Source: Asterionella formosa
Lineage: Eukaryota
Assembly (NCBI GenBank): GCA_002256025.1
Contig: NKIB01014367.1
Span: 1 to 44,131, forward strand
Length of the DNA: 44,131 nucleotides
Direction of reading: 5' to 3'
The notes under the pieces are model-generated. The model ran no database searches. It worked only from the letters and a program-made list of their open reading frames with translations, and was not told the DNA's origin. Both the position numbers and the translations under genes were made by a program. This document shows positions 33,790-44,131 of the stretch, piece by piece (position 1 is the first letter of the stretch; each line of letters begins with the position of its first letter).

Positions 33790-33885
33790 GTGCTGATGAT
33801 TGGTTTTTCGACAGGAGTTCACGTTATTTCAATTCCGCCCAAAACGGTACAGCAACTGTCTTGTACGAGTGACATTTTCGTTGCA
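33790..33885 (+). repeat. Left copy of a ~95-bp inverted repeat (partner 35521-35616)
   Basis: gtgctgatgattggtttttcgacaggagttcacgttatttcaat...gtcttgta...acattttcgttg matches the reverse complement of 35521-35616 with a few substitutions and indels. Confidence 0.9.
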
Positions 33886-34052
33886 GGTCGCTCTGGTCCG
33901 GTTTCTTACAACACCCATCCTATGATAATCAATAATTCCTCATCTCTACGCACCTTGAGCAAAATGCAGAATCCAGTAAAATGATTTAACAAACCTGCCT
34001 CAGGAATATTATTACCGGTGCCAGATAGACAAGAAGCAAGGTGACTTCAGAA

Positions 34053-34881
34053 ATGGCAAACACGAAACTTCAAAATATTGCTGACGAGATGATGCATAAT
34101 ACTGCTAGCAGTTGCAACCACGAAGAGCAATCCAATATCAAAGCAAAGGAGAAAAAACAACACATCAAGAAGAAGGAAAAGGTCGAGAAGGCACGAAGAT
34201 AATTGCAACATCAAATGATCCCTAGTACTTGCACTGCATCCTGTAGCGAGGATCCATGCGTGATGAAGATCACAAAGGAACCAGAGAAGGCTCCAAGAAG
34301 AACTAAAAACCACCAATGCTGTGATCAGAATCCGCGGCAAAGGAACGAAGAGAACTGTTTCAGTGGCGCAGCCTGCAACTCGAAGTTTTCCCAGCATATC
34401 GGAACCATGTTTATCCCCGGAATCACTGGAAGGGCCAGATGTCTGCATGACGCAGTTGCTTTGCCGACAGTCGTCGAACACAACCGCTTTCCTAAACAAG
34501 GAAGAAATCAAGCAGCTAGTACAGGTATGCAAGCTGATGAAGCTGTTACTTGTGCACTAGTCATTCGCGACATGGTCCATAGGACCTCCTCCTACTACAG
34601 TGACAAGTCCATTGCGAACCTCAAGGACACTTGGAATGAATACCGTCAAGGATGTGACACTATGTTCAAATGAAAGACAAGCTAGCTTACACAAACAACT
34701 TTTTAATATCCGACTCTTACTTGAAGAAACTCGGTCTGTTGGGTCACATGCTACTCTCACCAGTAGGCAAACATTCAACTCCTCTGCGTCAAACCCCAAC
34801 GAGGTTACTAGACCAAAGGAAAGTCACCGGCGACGACAGGCCCTACCGAAGATGTTGGTTGAAGGATCAATTGCCGCCTGA
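34053..34881 (+). pseudogene. Pseudogene paralog of 37802-38719 (in-frame TAA, internal deletion, frameshift)
   Basis: MANTKLQNIADEM...SNIKAKEKKQ resembles ELQEIPTEM...CNIKAKKKQ. TAA at 34200-34202. MFIPGITGRARC. NLKDTWNEYRQGCDT resembles NLKEAWNDYRDGCDT. Homology shifts frame near 34660-34670 (ERQASLHKQLFNIRLLLEETR). Confidence 0.8.
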
Positions 34882-35520
34882 ATGCATGGAACGATACGAA
34901 CTTCATGTCACTATAGTTACAACTAGTAATAGTTCCTAATATTGCAATTTCAGAGATCTTTTCATTTTTTGTACTACTTGTGAAGAGCAACAGGGTCCGA
35001 TTGGACACAAACGATCATGTCATCTCGGCTTTAGCAGCTGACATCTACTAGGCTAGCTTAAAAAAAGTTAACAGCAATTCTATCCACCGAAGAAAGAAAT
35101 AAGCAATTCTCATGGTGTGTGATCATAATTTATATTACTGTACATGTGTCTGCTTGCTTCTTGCGTGTTGCTTGTTGTCGCAGAGGACTCCATTATGCAC
35201 TATAAATCCCTTTGTCGATTTGAAAGGCCATCATTCTTTGCTGTATATATGCAACACCGCTGTCAACAAATCGGAATTCCATGTTGAACCGTGGCGTACC
35301 GCATGTATTTTTTAACCCTTCGGTGCAGGAAGAAGCAAGCCCACCTCCTGTTTTCAAAGATATCTCAGTCACATACTCGTATAACTTTTATTTATCTTAA
35401 CTACCGGTAATCGGAAATTTGAATTTTTTTTAAATCCATCCCAGGTTTTAAGAATTGGCAATACTTAGGCGATGGTCGATTAAGTATCGCTGTGGCGAAA
35501 TGTCGCACTTGAAGTGTGGC

Positions 35521-35616
35521 TACAACGAAAATGTTGTGCATACAAGACAGTTGTACGGTTTTGTGCGGCATTGAAATAACGTGAACTCCTGTCGAAAAAC
35601 CAATCATCATCAGCAC
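35521..35616 (-). repeat. Right copy of the ~95-bp inverted repeat (partner 33790-33885)
   Basis: ttgaaataacgtgaactcctgtcgaaaaaccaatcatc is the exact reverse complement of the core of the left copy. Confidence 0.9.
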
Positions 35617-35917
35617 AGAGCGGATGAGTGAGTTCATCCGCCTACCTAATGCATATGCCGGCGAAATACACGGAGGGAACTAGATACTTTTTGGTACTTG
35701 CGTCCGCGACATGAAGCTGTGCAATTTACAAGGAATTGATTACCCGGTAGGGGCTCAGCATTAGTCGTCCATAAATATGTATACTTCATACTAGACAAAA
35801 TCAAAATCTAAGTAGTCTAGTGTATCAATCAGACATATATGCTGTCATGCTGCTACTAGCCTCCATTTTCTGACAAATTATTCACGCGAAACATTATGGA
35901 AATCTCATGTTGCCAAG

Positions 35918-36757
35918 ATGAGCTCTTTACCCCCAACCCTCCAACTCACCAAAAAGGAGGTATAGCAAGAACGCCAGAAGGGGGAGGAGAACAAACGTCG
36001 AAAGTCGTCAACCAATCCTAACTTGTTGATGCAATCTGAGTCCATGTTGCCCCCCTGTTTGTTGGGAAAAGAACTCTGCTGCGGCATGGAGATCAAGGCG
36101 AAAGTTGCAAACTCTGACGAAAAAGCAAGAGGTGGAAGCTTATATGAAAAATCTTCTCCAACAAGTATCTGTGCTGGAATCAGGGCGGGGGGTAATAGGC
36201 GAAGGTCCACGAGAAGAACGACCTCTGTAAAACCATCTTGGGAAGCTGAAGAAATTTCCCAATATCTTCAAAACGTTGTACTCAAACTCAAAACTAACGT
36301 GAACAAGGAAACTGAGAAAAAGCGAGTTGTAAGTCTTGGAGATTTGCTTGAAGGTTCAAGCACTATGAGCTCCTTCTCCAATGGCAACTCTTTCTCTGAC
36401 CTTCAGAGCGATTGGACCGACGACCTGAAATCATGTGCAATTTACATTACGTCACATGAACGACGAGTTAGCTTGAGAAAGCAGCTTTCTACAATCTGAG
36501 GCTTGCTGAAAGACAAAAAGACTCCAAAAACAAGTAACAAATCATGTTGTGCGTCCTACTGGGACCCTTCGCCCCCAGGGTGTTCCGGAAGTACCATCAA
36601 CTCAAATGCCAAAGAAATTTCATTTTGCGTTCGAAACATGCTCAAGGAAGTACAGTCCCTTCGGTTGCATCCTCCCATGCGCGATATCAGCTCAGAAACT
36701 AGATCACAGAGCACACCACGGCACCGACAGTCGTTGCATGTGACGTCGATCGAGTGA
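35918..36757 (+). pseudogene. Pseudogene paralog of 37802-38719 (two in-frame stops)
   Basis: Single frame from ATG 35918 with TAG at 35963-35965 and TGA at 36497-36499. KRVVSLGDLLEGSSTMSSFSNGNSFSDL resembles RRVISLGDFLEGPSSNSSFSNGNSFSNL; ELCCGMEI resembles DLCGMEI. Confidence 0.8.
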
Positions 36758-37801
36758 ATCTTGACTTTTTACGGTTTCGTGTTGCCCTAAAATGTGAAAC
36801 GAGAAATTTGGTTTGATGTAGTTGCTGAGTTCGTCAGTTAATTTAGTACACAACCATTGTCGTAAATGAGGATGCTGCTTGCCGGACAAGCCCTTTTTGC
36901 TTTTCCCGTTATGGAATAGGACTAGTCAATGAAGTTACCGGTGCTATTGACCGCAACAGGGAATTGTACACAATGCGAATTATTCTGCAATCATCAGACA
37001 TACGTTTCTGGTGAAATAATTTTGTTACGATAGGTAGTAGTACTAGTAAGCAACTAAGCGAGGACCTTAACCGCTTAAACTGGATACGGGTTGACAATGA
37101 ATGCTTCCTTGTTGGCACAGCCATTACGATGCTGTGAAGCTATCCATACCTCTGGTGTTTCATTCTCGACATGCTCGATTTGTGATTTATTTGCTTTGTT
37201 TCCGTCCTTCTAGCTAGTAGCTAGCTCCATGATTGGCGGTGGGCATAAACAAGAGAATTGTTTTGCTGTTCCAAGGTCGTGTGACTACATGACTTTTAAA
37301 GCATGATTGTTTTGATAGCTAGAGTCAAGTAGGCGCAAGGGAGCGAACGCCAACTCTATGAAAACTCACCACAACAAAATCGACGTCATTATGATACGAC
37401 TGTTGAAGTTCGGTGCTAGGTGCCCTGACTGCAACGTTAAATACCCGATTCTAGTAAATAGAACCGATGGTGGCTGGCGGCATCATGAGGAAAATCTTAC
37501 AACTTCAGACAATCTCGACTGATGACGATGTCAGCATTCTCACTTGCTACGAACACAAGAAGTGGTACGACAAAACGACGAATCAAATAGTGATGAAGCG
37601 AACCCTATATATGTGAGACTGCATTCCTGTCGTTTCGTAAATCGCTGAAGTTCAAAGTATATAGGGGTATTGGTTGGTTTGTTTGCAATCTTCCTAAATT
37701 GTTTATGCACATTTGTAAATTTTATAAAAAGTTGACGAGAGGTTCTATACACACAAAGAATCGTGAACGAAGTCAGAAATAGGTACTGCAGCACATCTTG
37801 A

Positions 37802-38719
37802 ATGCTGCACAGTCAGAACGTGCAAATACACTTGCAGAATTTCATTCTCTGGGGTGAATTACAAGAAATTCCCACTGAGATGAATTGTGCCGAACTACCG
37901 GTATGCAATATCAAGGCGAAGAAGAAACAGAGCAAAAAGAAGTTGAAGCGGCACAAAAAAGAGAAGATGCAAGAACCTCATGAGAAACGACATGCTTCAT
38001 TGTGCATCGATCTATGCGGGATGGAGATCACTATGGACCAAGATGAGATTCCTAAAACACCAGACCTGACCTCACAGCAACAAAACAATGAATGCAATCA
38101 ACGTGGCGTCTGTACCTATGAGCTTTCTAGATCCAAACCAATGTGCATCCCAGGTCTTTTTGGAACAGCTAGACTTCCTGATGATGGGGACGCTAAGCCA
38201 ACAGTTGCCGAACGCAAGCGTCTGCCACATGCATACACCACGACAGAAACAAATAGCATGGATAGAGCACGAAAAGAGCATGACAAACCTGTTGATTGCA
38301 CACGAAACATCCGCGAAGTGGTACATAGCATCACATCTGATAAAAATAGTAGTAAGATGCAGTCGGCGATGAAGGGGAGACGAGTTATAAGTTTGGGAGA
38401 TTTCCTTGAAGGTCCTAGTAGCAACAGTTCCTTCTCCAACGGCAACTCCTTCTCCAACCTTAAGGAAGCTTGGAATGATTACCGTGACGGGTGTGATACT
38501 AGATCCATCATGCCGACGAATCAACGACGAGATAGCTTGAACATGCAGCTTTCTAATATCCGACGCTTGATTCAAAATACCCGTCCTGTTCGGTCAGATG
38601 CTGCTCGTTGTCAGACGGTCCATTCCGAGTTTAGTGCCATTCTGAGACACAGCAATCGACGCCGATCGTTTGATACCGAAAGAAAATTGGTCGTATTTCC
38701 TGATCATCATGGCAAGTAG
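37802..38719 (+). CDS. Hypothetical protein (305 aa), intact member of the IPG-x-x-[GA]-x-AR family
   Basis: ATG-started intact ORF with a basic N-terminal cluster (KAKKKQSKKKLKRHKKEK); shares ordered motif blocks with three other loci in the window. Confidence 0.85.
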   Translation: MLHSQNVQIHLQNFILWGELQEIPTEMNCAELPVCNIKAKKKQSKKKLKRHKKEKMQEPHEKRHASLCIDLCGMEITMDQDEIPKTPDLTSQQQNNECNQRGVCTYELSRSKPMCIPGLFGTARLPDDGDAKPTVAERKRLPHAYTTTETNSMDRARKEHDKPVDCTRNIREVVHSITSDKNSSKMQSAMKGRRVISLGDFLEGPSSNSSFSNGNSFSNLKEAWNDYRDGCDTRSIMPTNQRRDSLNMQLSNIRRLIQNTRPVRSDAARCQTVHSEFSAILRHSNRRRSFDTERKLVVFPDHHGK

Positions 38720-39186
38720 CTAGACCAATAATGTATTGCTTAAACTCCTTTTCTTGTAATGGCGGTTGACATGAAATAGTGCATTATGATGAAATTCCTG
38801 AGATAAGACAAAGTTTTTTATAGTACAATTAACTCTCAAATAAGATACATCACTGGCTTTGTGCTTTATGCTGCTCGGATACTTTGTATTCCTCGAAGGA
38901 GCGAGTTTTTGTAGTGGAAGAATTTTGCTTGAGTCTCGCTGAAACTATACACATATACATCACTTTCATCAGTAAATTGTAATAATTTGACACTTATAAC
39001 CTTAATTTTGAATTGGGCATTGTATTCTAGTCTGTCTCGCCCATGTGATTCCCTCTTGGAAACCAGCACAGGGAATTGTCATTAGCCAATTCTATCATTC
39101 AATAATACATTCTCCCTCCTTCCTCCTTCAACTTAACAAAGATGATCAGGAAAATTATCAAAATAAAAGTCGTTTTTATCACACAT

Positions 39187-39930
39187 TTATTCCCCTACCA
39201 AAGCAACTCGTTTCTTCCACACCTCGCCATCGTCCTCAGGCAACGTTGCGAGCTCGCTAGCAGAAAGCTTTCCATCACGGTCAATGTCGGCACCTCTAAC
39301 TTCCTTAAAGATTCTTCCCACAGCTTTAACATCTTCCATAGGAATCATGGAGAACCAATGGTCTAAGTTCATATCTGCCTGCTGAGCGTTGAAAACTATT
39401 TCTTCTTTATTTGAGAGTGCCAACGCATCCTTGAGGGCTTGAAGTGAATTCAATGTATTCTCCATGTAAGTTTTTCGATTGTCTTTATCCAGTTGGATAT
39501 ACTCCTTTAGTTCTGAAGAATCGTATTTGATGGTGTTGATGTATTGGAAGGAGAGACCACCATAATAGTTACGTTCAGACACCAGGCCTCCACGAAAGAA
39601 AGAGTCTAGGCGTTTCTGGACCAAAGGCCACTTGGCTGTATCCTGAATGCCAGATTGGAGAGCCTTGACAGAAAGTGAAAGTTCATAGATGGGCTCAAGA
39701 TATTCTAATCCCGGGTATTCCTTGATACGTGCACCGGCAGCTAAGGCAGGGTGCGATGCCGCAGAGAGTCCAGCAGCAACAAGAGCGCCCGAGAATATGG
39801 CGTCTCTACGAGAAATGGCGGACAAAGCAGTTGGTAGTCTTTCGTGAGAGTTGCATGACATAAGGAACACAGCAGAAGGCCTAATGAAGGAAAACAGGGG
39901 AACGACGATGATTGATGGTGCGATTCTCAT
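39187..39930 (-). CDS. Probable plastid thylakoid-lumen protein with C-terminal EF-hand (247 aa), possibly PsbQ-like helical bundle
   Basis: Hydrophobic signal peptide ending ...PSAVF; twin-arginine SRRDAIFSG + hydrophobic stretch + PALAA cleavage-like site; canonical EF loop DIDRDGKLSASE (~39253-39288). Confidence 0.85.
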   Translation of the reverse strand: MRIAPSIIVVPLFSFIRPSAVFLMSCNSHERLPTALSAISRRDAIFSGALVAAGLSAASHPALAAGARIKEYPGLEYLEPIYELSLSVKALQSGIQDTAKWPLVQKRLDSFFRGGLVSERNYYGGLSFQYINTIKYDSSELKEYIQLDKDNRKTYMENTLNSLQALKDALALSNKEEIVFNAQQADMNLDHWFSMIPMEDVKAVGRIFKEVRGADIDRDGKLSASELATLPEDDGEVWKKRVALVGE

Positions 39931-40649
39931 GGTTTACTTTGATGCGATCACTGATGCTTTACGTTTGCGCGAACTCCAAGCATCATTATGATACCGGAGT
40001 ATACCGCTACCAGGTTTACTTCTTTTGAAAGCATAACTATTATTATTTACATGTTCATATTGTGGATCCTTCAGATGTTCTGACGTAAGCAAGCCGTATT
40101 GTCAAACTTCACAGGAGTTCAGTCGTTCCCAGATTACAATTTACACGGCAAAAAGATAGTCCGTTGCTCGTGAACCTGGAGTGCAGTTGATCTGCACAGA
40201 ACCAATTCACCCGGATGAAAGGACACTTCTTCTGTTTCTCATTTTTCTCCTCCGGTTATACAAGGGCAGCTGTACCAGCATTGTGCTCTCAGGGAGTTTT
40301 AAACCCTGTGAATACACATTGATGTACCTGGTACTAAGTATGTGTACATCATATACTGTCAGTGAGAATGAACAAGCCATACTACCGGTAGTAGGCAGCA
40401 CGCAACAACACCCCTGGTGCTCTGCTATTCCCACGAAATCCTAATTTCGACCTTAAGCACACCTAGTACATGTGTCACTCAGATAATATCATGGGGATTG
40501 CTGTAGACTAGCTACCTGGTAACTAATAGTCTATTTTACTGGAAAAGTAGGTCAATAAATACAAATTAGAGTCTACTATGCTATACCAGTTTTGCTTCCC
40601 TTCTCACTTTTGCAAACTCCGCTGTAGAAGCGATATGCAGCATCATATA

Positions 40650-41600
40650 TATGAGACAATGCTGGTGGTGATGGTGCATCTGTTTGGTAAGTATCATATT
40701 TAGATGAGTATAACACTAAACAGCAATACATGTGCCTCATATAGGGCCATTGGAATTCCATGAATTTCGCTAGTAGCTACCATGGCACCAGTTCACCTCT
40801 ACATGGATAGAACGAGAAAAGCTAAATCATTCACATTCAGATCAGAAGAATTTGGTTGTTGCAGTGTGAGCTGCATATCTCATCCCATCCTAGCTAGTAG
40901 TACTCCCAGCCACCTTCAATAACTGCTGAAAAGCCTTGACCAAAATGAGTCATTACATTATCATATTGAAGAAAAATTGGCGTTTCTCAGATAGACCTTG
41001 TTCGTCGCTAGAACGCCCCCTTGATTGGCCAACATACTGGTTGCTGGTACCATTTGTACTTCAGTCTCACAGCAGCACTTAGAAAAATGCCATTTTATAT
41101 GGGACTTGTGACAAACATTTCTTTCTGGAGGGATCTCATCCTGACCTACTAGGTAGATCGTCTACTATGCAGTCTTTGAAACAAAAAAACTTTTCATCTA
41201 TGTGAACATCACAATAGAAGTGATTAAGGAAACCAAACTTACCAGAGTTGAATAGCTTGTCATGCTGATTGAACTGATCTGGACTATGGTTCAATTGCAC
41301 ATGGTAAATAAGACACATGAGTTCATTCATTTTTTGGTGATAGGTAGCAAAGGTTGATTGCTAACACCTACTTTAAAATATTCGTTGTAATTATGTACTC
41401 GATCTGTTCTGGTATAGTTGCAACACCATATGCAGTCAAATTTTTGTATTTTCCAGGTTGTTTTAGCCTGTTTTTCCTGTAGGTAAAACTTCTTCTTCAA
41501 GTTTCAAGGATCTGCTGATTGTAGCATTGCTTAAAACCTTTGCCAATTGGTCCTTTTTCTTGAAATATGTCTCTTGCTTTCTTGACTTTCATTTCGCCAG
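40650..41600 (-). mobile_element. Degenerate Tc1/mariner transposase pseudogene (plant-type DD39D-like)
   Basis: Ordered motif remnants across frames on the minus strand: DVHIDEKFF (~41190-41210), PPERNVCHKSHIK (~41095-41135), QYDNVMTH (~40945-40968), QQPNSSDLNVNDLAF (~40817-40861). These correspond to VHIDEKWF, HKSHI, QQDNAxxH and QPPNSPDLNVLDLGFF. Confidence 0.8.
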
Positions 41601-42562
41601 TCTATTGCAAATCAATCCATTCCTTGTATCATTGCTTCCACAAGAACAAAGAGGAGGTATGAAAATGGACAACTGAATGAGATTCTGGTGAACAAAGATA
41701 TTTGACAATATCTGATTTGCTGGTTGACTCACTGTTAGGAGGTGTTGATGTTTGTTTGCAACATGAAGGACAACAGGTACAATTACCTCACCTCCAAGCG
41801 GCTGCCTAAACTACTCAACAATCAACCTGTGTGATGTTGTGAGACATCAATCATGATAAATGAGATAACAAGGGCAACAATGATGGCAATGACAAACAAT
41901 GCAGGTGATGTGCGCCAATCTCATATTTATGGTGAAGGTGTATTTTGTTCTATGCATGTGTACTAGCTTTACCGTGCAGTTTAGAGTGGAGAATGAAGTC
42001 TACGAAGGTTTCTACGTATGAATATATCAGTGATGAATCTCCAAAATAATGAAATCGCCGCGACCTACGATTTTCGACTTCTTCATCTGTTAGAAAATCT
42101 TGGCAACATGCATTTCCCAACTTCGTTCGATTTCTTCATTTGAAAATCAAAACGACAGCAATCGACCCCTCATTCGCTTCGGTCGATCGGAATCATGAAA
42201 AAACAAAAATTTAGCTATTATAAAACACTGGATTGATTAGGATTCTTTTTACGATGATTTTCAATTGCCTGTTTTATCAATTAACAAACGTTTGAAGCAC
42301 TAGAGGTTGCATGTGATATATGTCACGGTAGTGAAAAAACAAGCCAATCAAATTATGGATGGAACATGTTCGGGTCATTCCTGTTATTTCTCCGGGAGGA
42401 CCGAACCCGAAACCGACGAAAACAATACCGGTTGAACGCAGAATAGGTCATTGTCATGATGACACTGTGCAATATGATCAGAGAAATTTAACAAGTGTAT
42501 ATCATTTTCTCATTGAAATCCCCCAGAAAACGTAAAAAGAAACAAATACACTGTGCAGCAAC

Positions 42563-43375
42563 ATGGATCAATCCATTGAGGAAATGAGAGCAGAGCTTAA
42601 GACCTTGCGCCTCAATGGCAGCGAGAGACGGCGAAAGCAAGAGGCGCAGCGAGAGGATCAGGAGCGCCAATTACAAGTCGTGCAGCGCAAATGGCAAAGT
42701 GCGTTTCAGCTGATGTTGAGTATCATTCCAGCACCAACGAGTCGACAGCTCAGCCCATACATGACATCGATGCGATATGTATCGCCTGATTCCTCTTCGT
42801 ACCTGTTGCATCTTCAAGCCAAGTCTTTATTGCAAGTTCATAACATTTGTGTCTACGAAAACCAATTGGTCATTGCAAAACAAATACTAGAGGAATTCAA
42901 AGATATCAACAAAAAAATCATTCATCAATTGAATTTTCTTAATTTAGATGAAGGCAAGTTGCTGCTTCAAAATATTACCGAACGAGAAGTGGAAGTTGAT
43001 AGTCTTGAATTGATGCTCCATGAAGCCAAACAACTAGGAAAGTATATCAGAAAATGCCTCAAGCAAGAAGACATCCATTCGTCCTCTTCAGATTTTAATG
43101 CTATTTTACCTATGGTCGATGAAATGCATTGCGAAAAAGTCAAGGTCATGACCACTGAGATAGAACCAACAGGTTCATCAGAACATTGCAAAAAAACAAG
43201 GGGTGTATTGTTGTTGGTGAGCAGCTGTACAAAAGGCAAGGAAGATGTTGAGGACTATTTGCCAAACATGGAATTTTCCAAAAATGAAAGAGGTACTTCT
43301 ACTTCATGGTCCTCAACTAATGGTAAAACTAGCCGTGCATGTCATAGGATCAGCCACACCACTCCAGTTGCATGA
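42563..43375 (+). CDS. Hypothetical coiled-coil protein (270 aa)
   Basis: ATG-started ORF; charged helical N-terminus (IEEMRAELKTLRL...QREDQERQLQVVQRKWQS) and a second heptad region. Confidence 0.75.
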   Translation: MDQSIEEMRAELKTLRLNGSERRRKQEAQREDQERQLQVVQRKWQSAFQLMLSIIPAPTSRQLSPYMTSMRYVSPDSSSYLLHLQAKSLLQVHNICVYENQLVIAKQILEEFKDINKKIIHQLNFLNLDEGKLLLQNITEREVEVDSLELMLHEAKQLGKYIRKCLKQEDIHSSSSDFNAILPMVDEMHCEKVKVMTTEIEPTGSSEHCKKTRGVLLLVSSCTKGKEDVEDYLPNMEFSKNERGTSTSWSSTNGKTSRACHRISHTTPVA

Positions 43376-43904
43376 GGAACAGGATTGAGTTCGCTCCTGA
43401 CCTTTTCAATCCTGCCAATCCTGCTTGCTGGATCTTGGATTTGAAGTTTGTGTCTCTAGGATGTTGATCAGTGACTGATGGTAATGATATGCAAACACAA
43501 GAAGCAAAATGATACTGGCTCAAACGACAGCAAAATGGCAAAAACAATTGGAAGTCGCACCGGTACTTTAATAGTAACAAAAAGTGTATCATACATGAAA
43601 CAAGTCAAGAATGAGTCCCGGATCTTGGTACCAATAGTAGACTTACTATATCCAGCCCACTCAGGGTTGTGTACGGGCAGAATGTACTCTCTCTGTTCCG
43701 GTACACCGGTGTGAGCCGGGAGTTGCAACACACTCAGCGGCTGATATTGTATGCATTTCATTCAGGCTATCTTACAGGTACGTCGTTTAGATTTGTATAC
43801 CGGGAACGTAGTCGTAAAAAATTAAACTCCCAGTTAAACCCGTAGTGGAAGCTAGCACTAGTAGTTCACTCGTACTCCAGTACTGTGCACAAAGGTAGCG
43901 ACAA

Positions 43905-44050
43905 TACCGGTACTGGTAGCAGGTACCAGGGTACCAGTACCATTGCTCCTATCGACTGGTACCTGGTACCGGTACCTGGTACCGGGGAGTACTAGGGTAC
44001 CATAGAGTACTAGGGTACCGTAGAGTACTAGGGTACCGTAACAGGGTACG
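43905..44050. repeat. GGTACC-rich patch including an 18-bp minisatellite (gagtactagggtaccRta x3, 43987-44040)
   Basis: Read directly; units at 43987, 44005 and 44023. Confidence 0.9.
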
Positions 44051-44131
44051 TGTATGCGGGGAATAGACCATTGTATATATTAGAGTACTTAATATGGAGT
44101 CACAACGAGTACATATACTTTAGCACTATAT

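Noticed and set aside
9187..36757. Alternative genetic code or stop read-through explaining in-frame stops
   Set aside because: All three stop types occur, intact genes end normally at TAA/TAG/TGA, one copy also has a frameshift, and the very long ORFs have no internal stops; pseudogenisation is simpler.
43987..44040. CRISPR-like array
   Set aside because: Head-to-tail 18-bp units with no spacers and no cas genes; a minisatellite.

Overview
Eukaryotic nuclear DNA, most likely a diatom or related secondary-plastid alga. This is inferred from a signal peptide + twin-arginine lumen protein, long uninterrupted low-complexity ORFs and AT-rich spacers. I can support eight probably intact CDSs. Two are tandem minus-strand MORN-repeat paralogs of 479 aa and ~4075 aa; they share both an N-terminal helix motif and the C-terminal MORN block, and the giant one has grown by at least three age strata of in-frame internal duplications. 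A four-member family I do not recognise (IPG-x-x-[GA]-x-AR and QL-x-x-[IF]R-x-L motifs) has two intact copies and two pseudogenes. The other CDSs are a thylakoid-lumen-type protein with an EF-hand, two coiled-coil hypotheticals and a Q/N/S-rich protein. The spacers hold a tRNA-Ala-derived SINE-like insertion with a candidate 12-bp TSD, a decayed mariner (DD39D-like) transposase, a pseudogenised silaffin-like membrane protein, CpG-poor blocks, several tandem and inverted repeats, and GGTACC/ACCGGT-rich patches near gene 5' ends. No rRNA, intact tRNA or CRISPR array is seen. Several ORF-track starts are TTG/GTG and were moved to the first ATG. No database searches were run; family assignments rest on motif recognition by eye.
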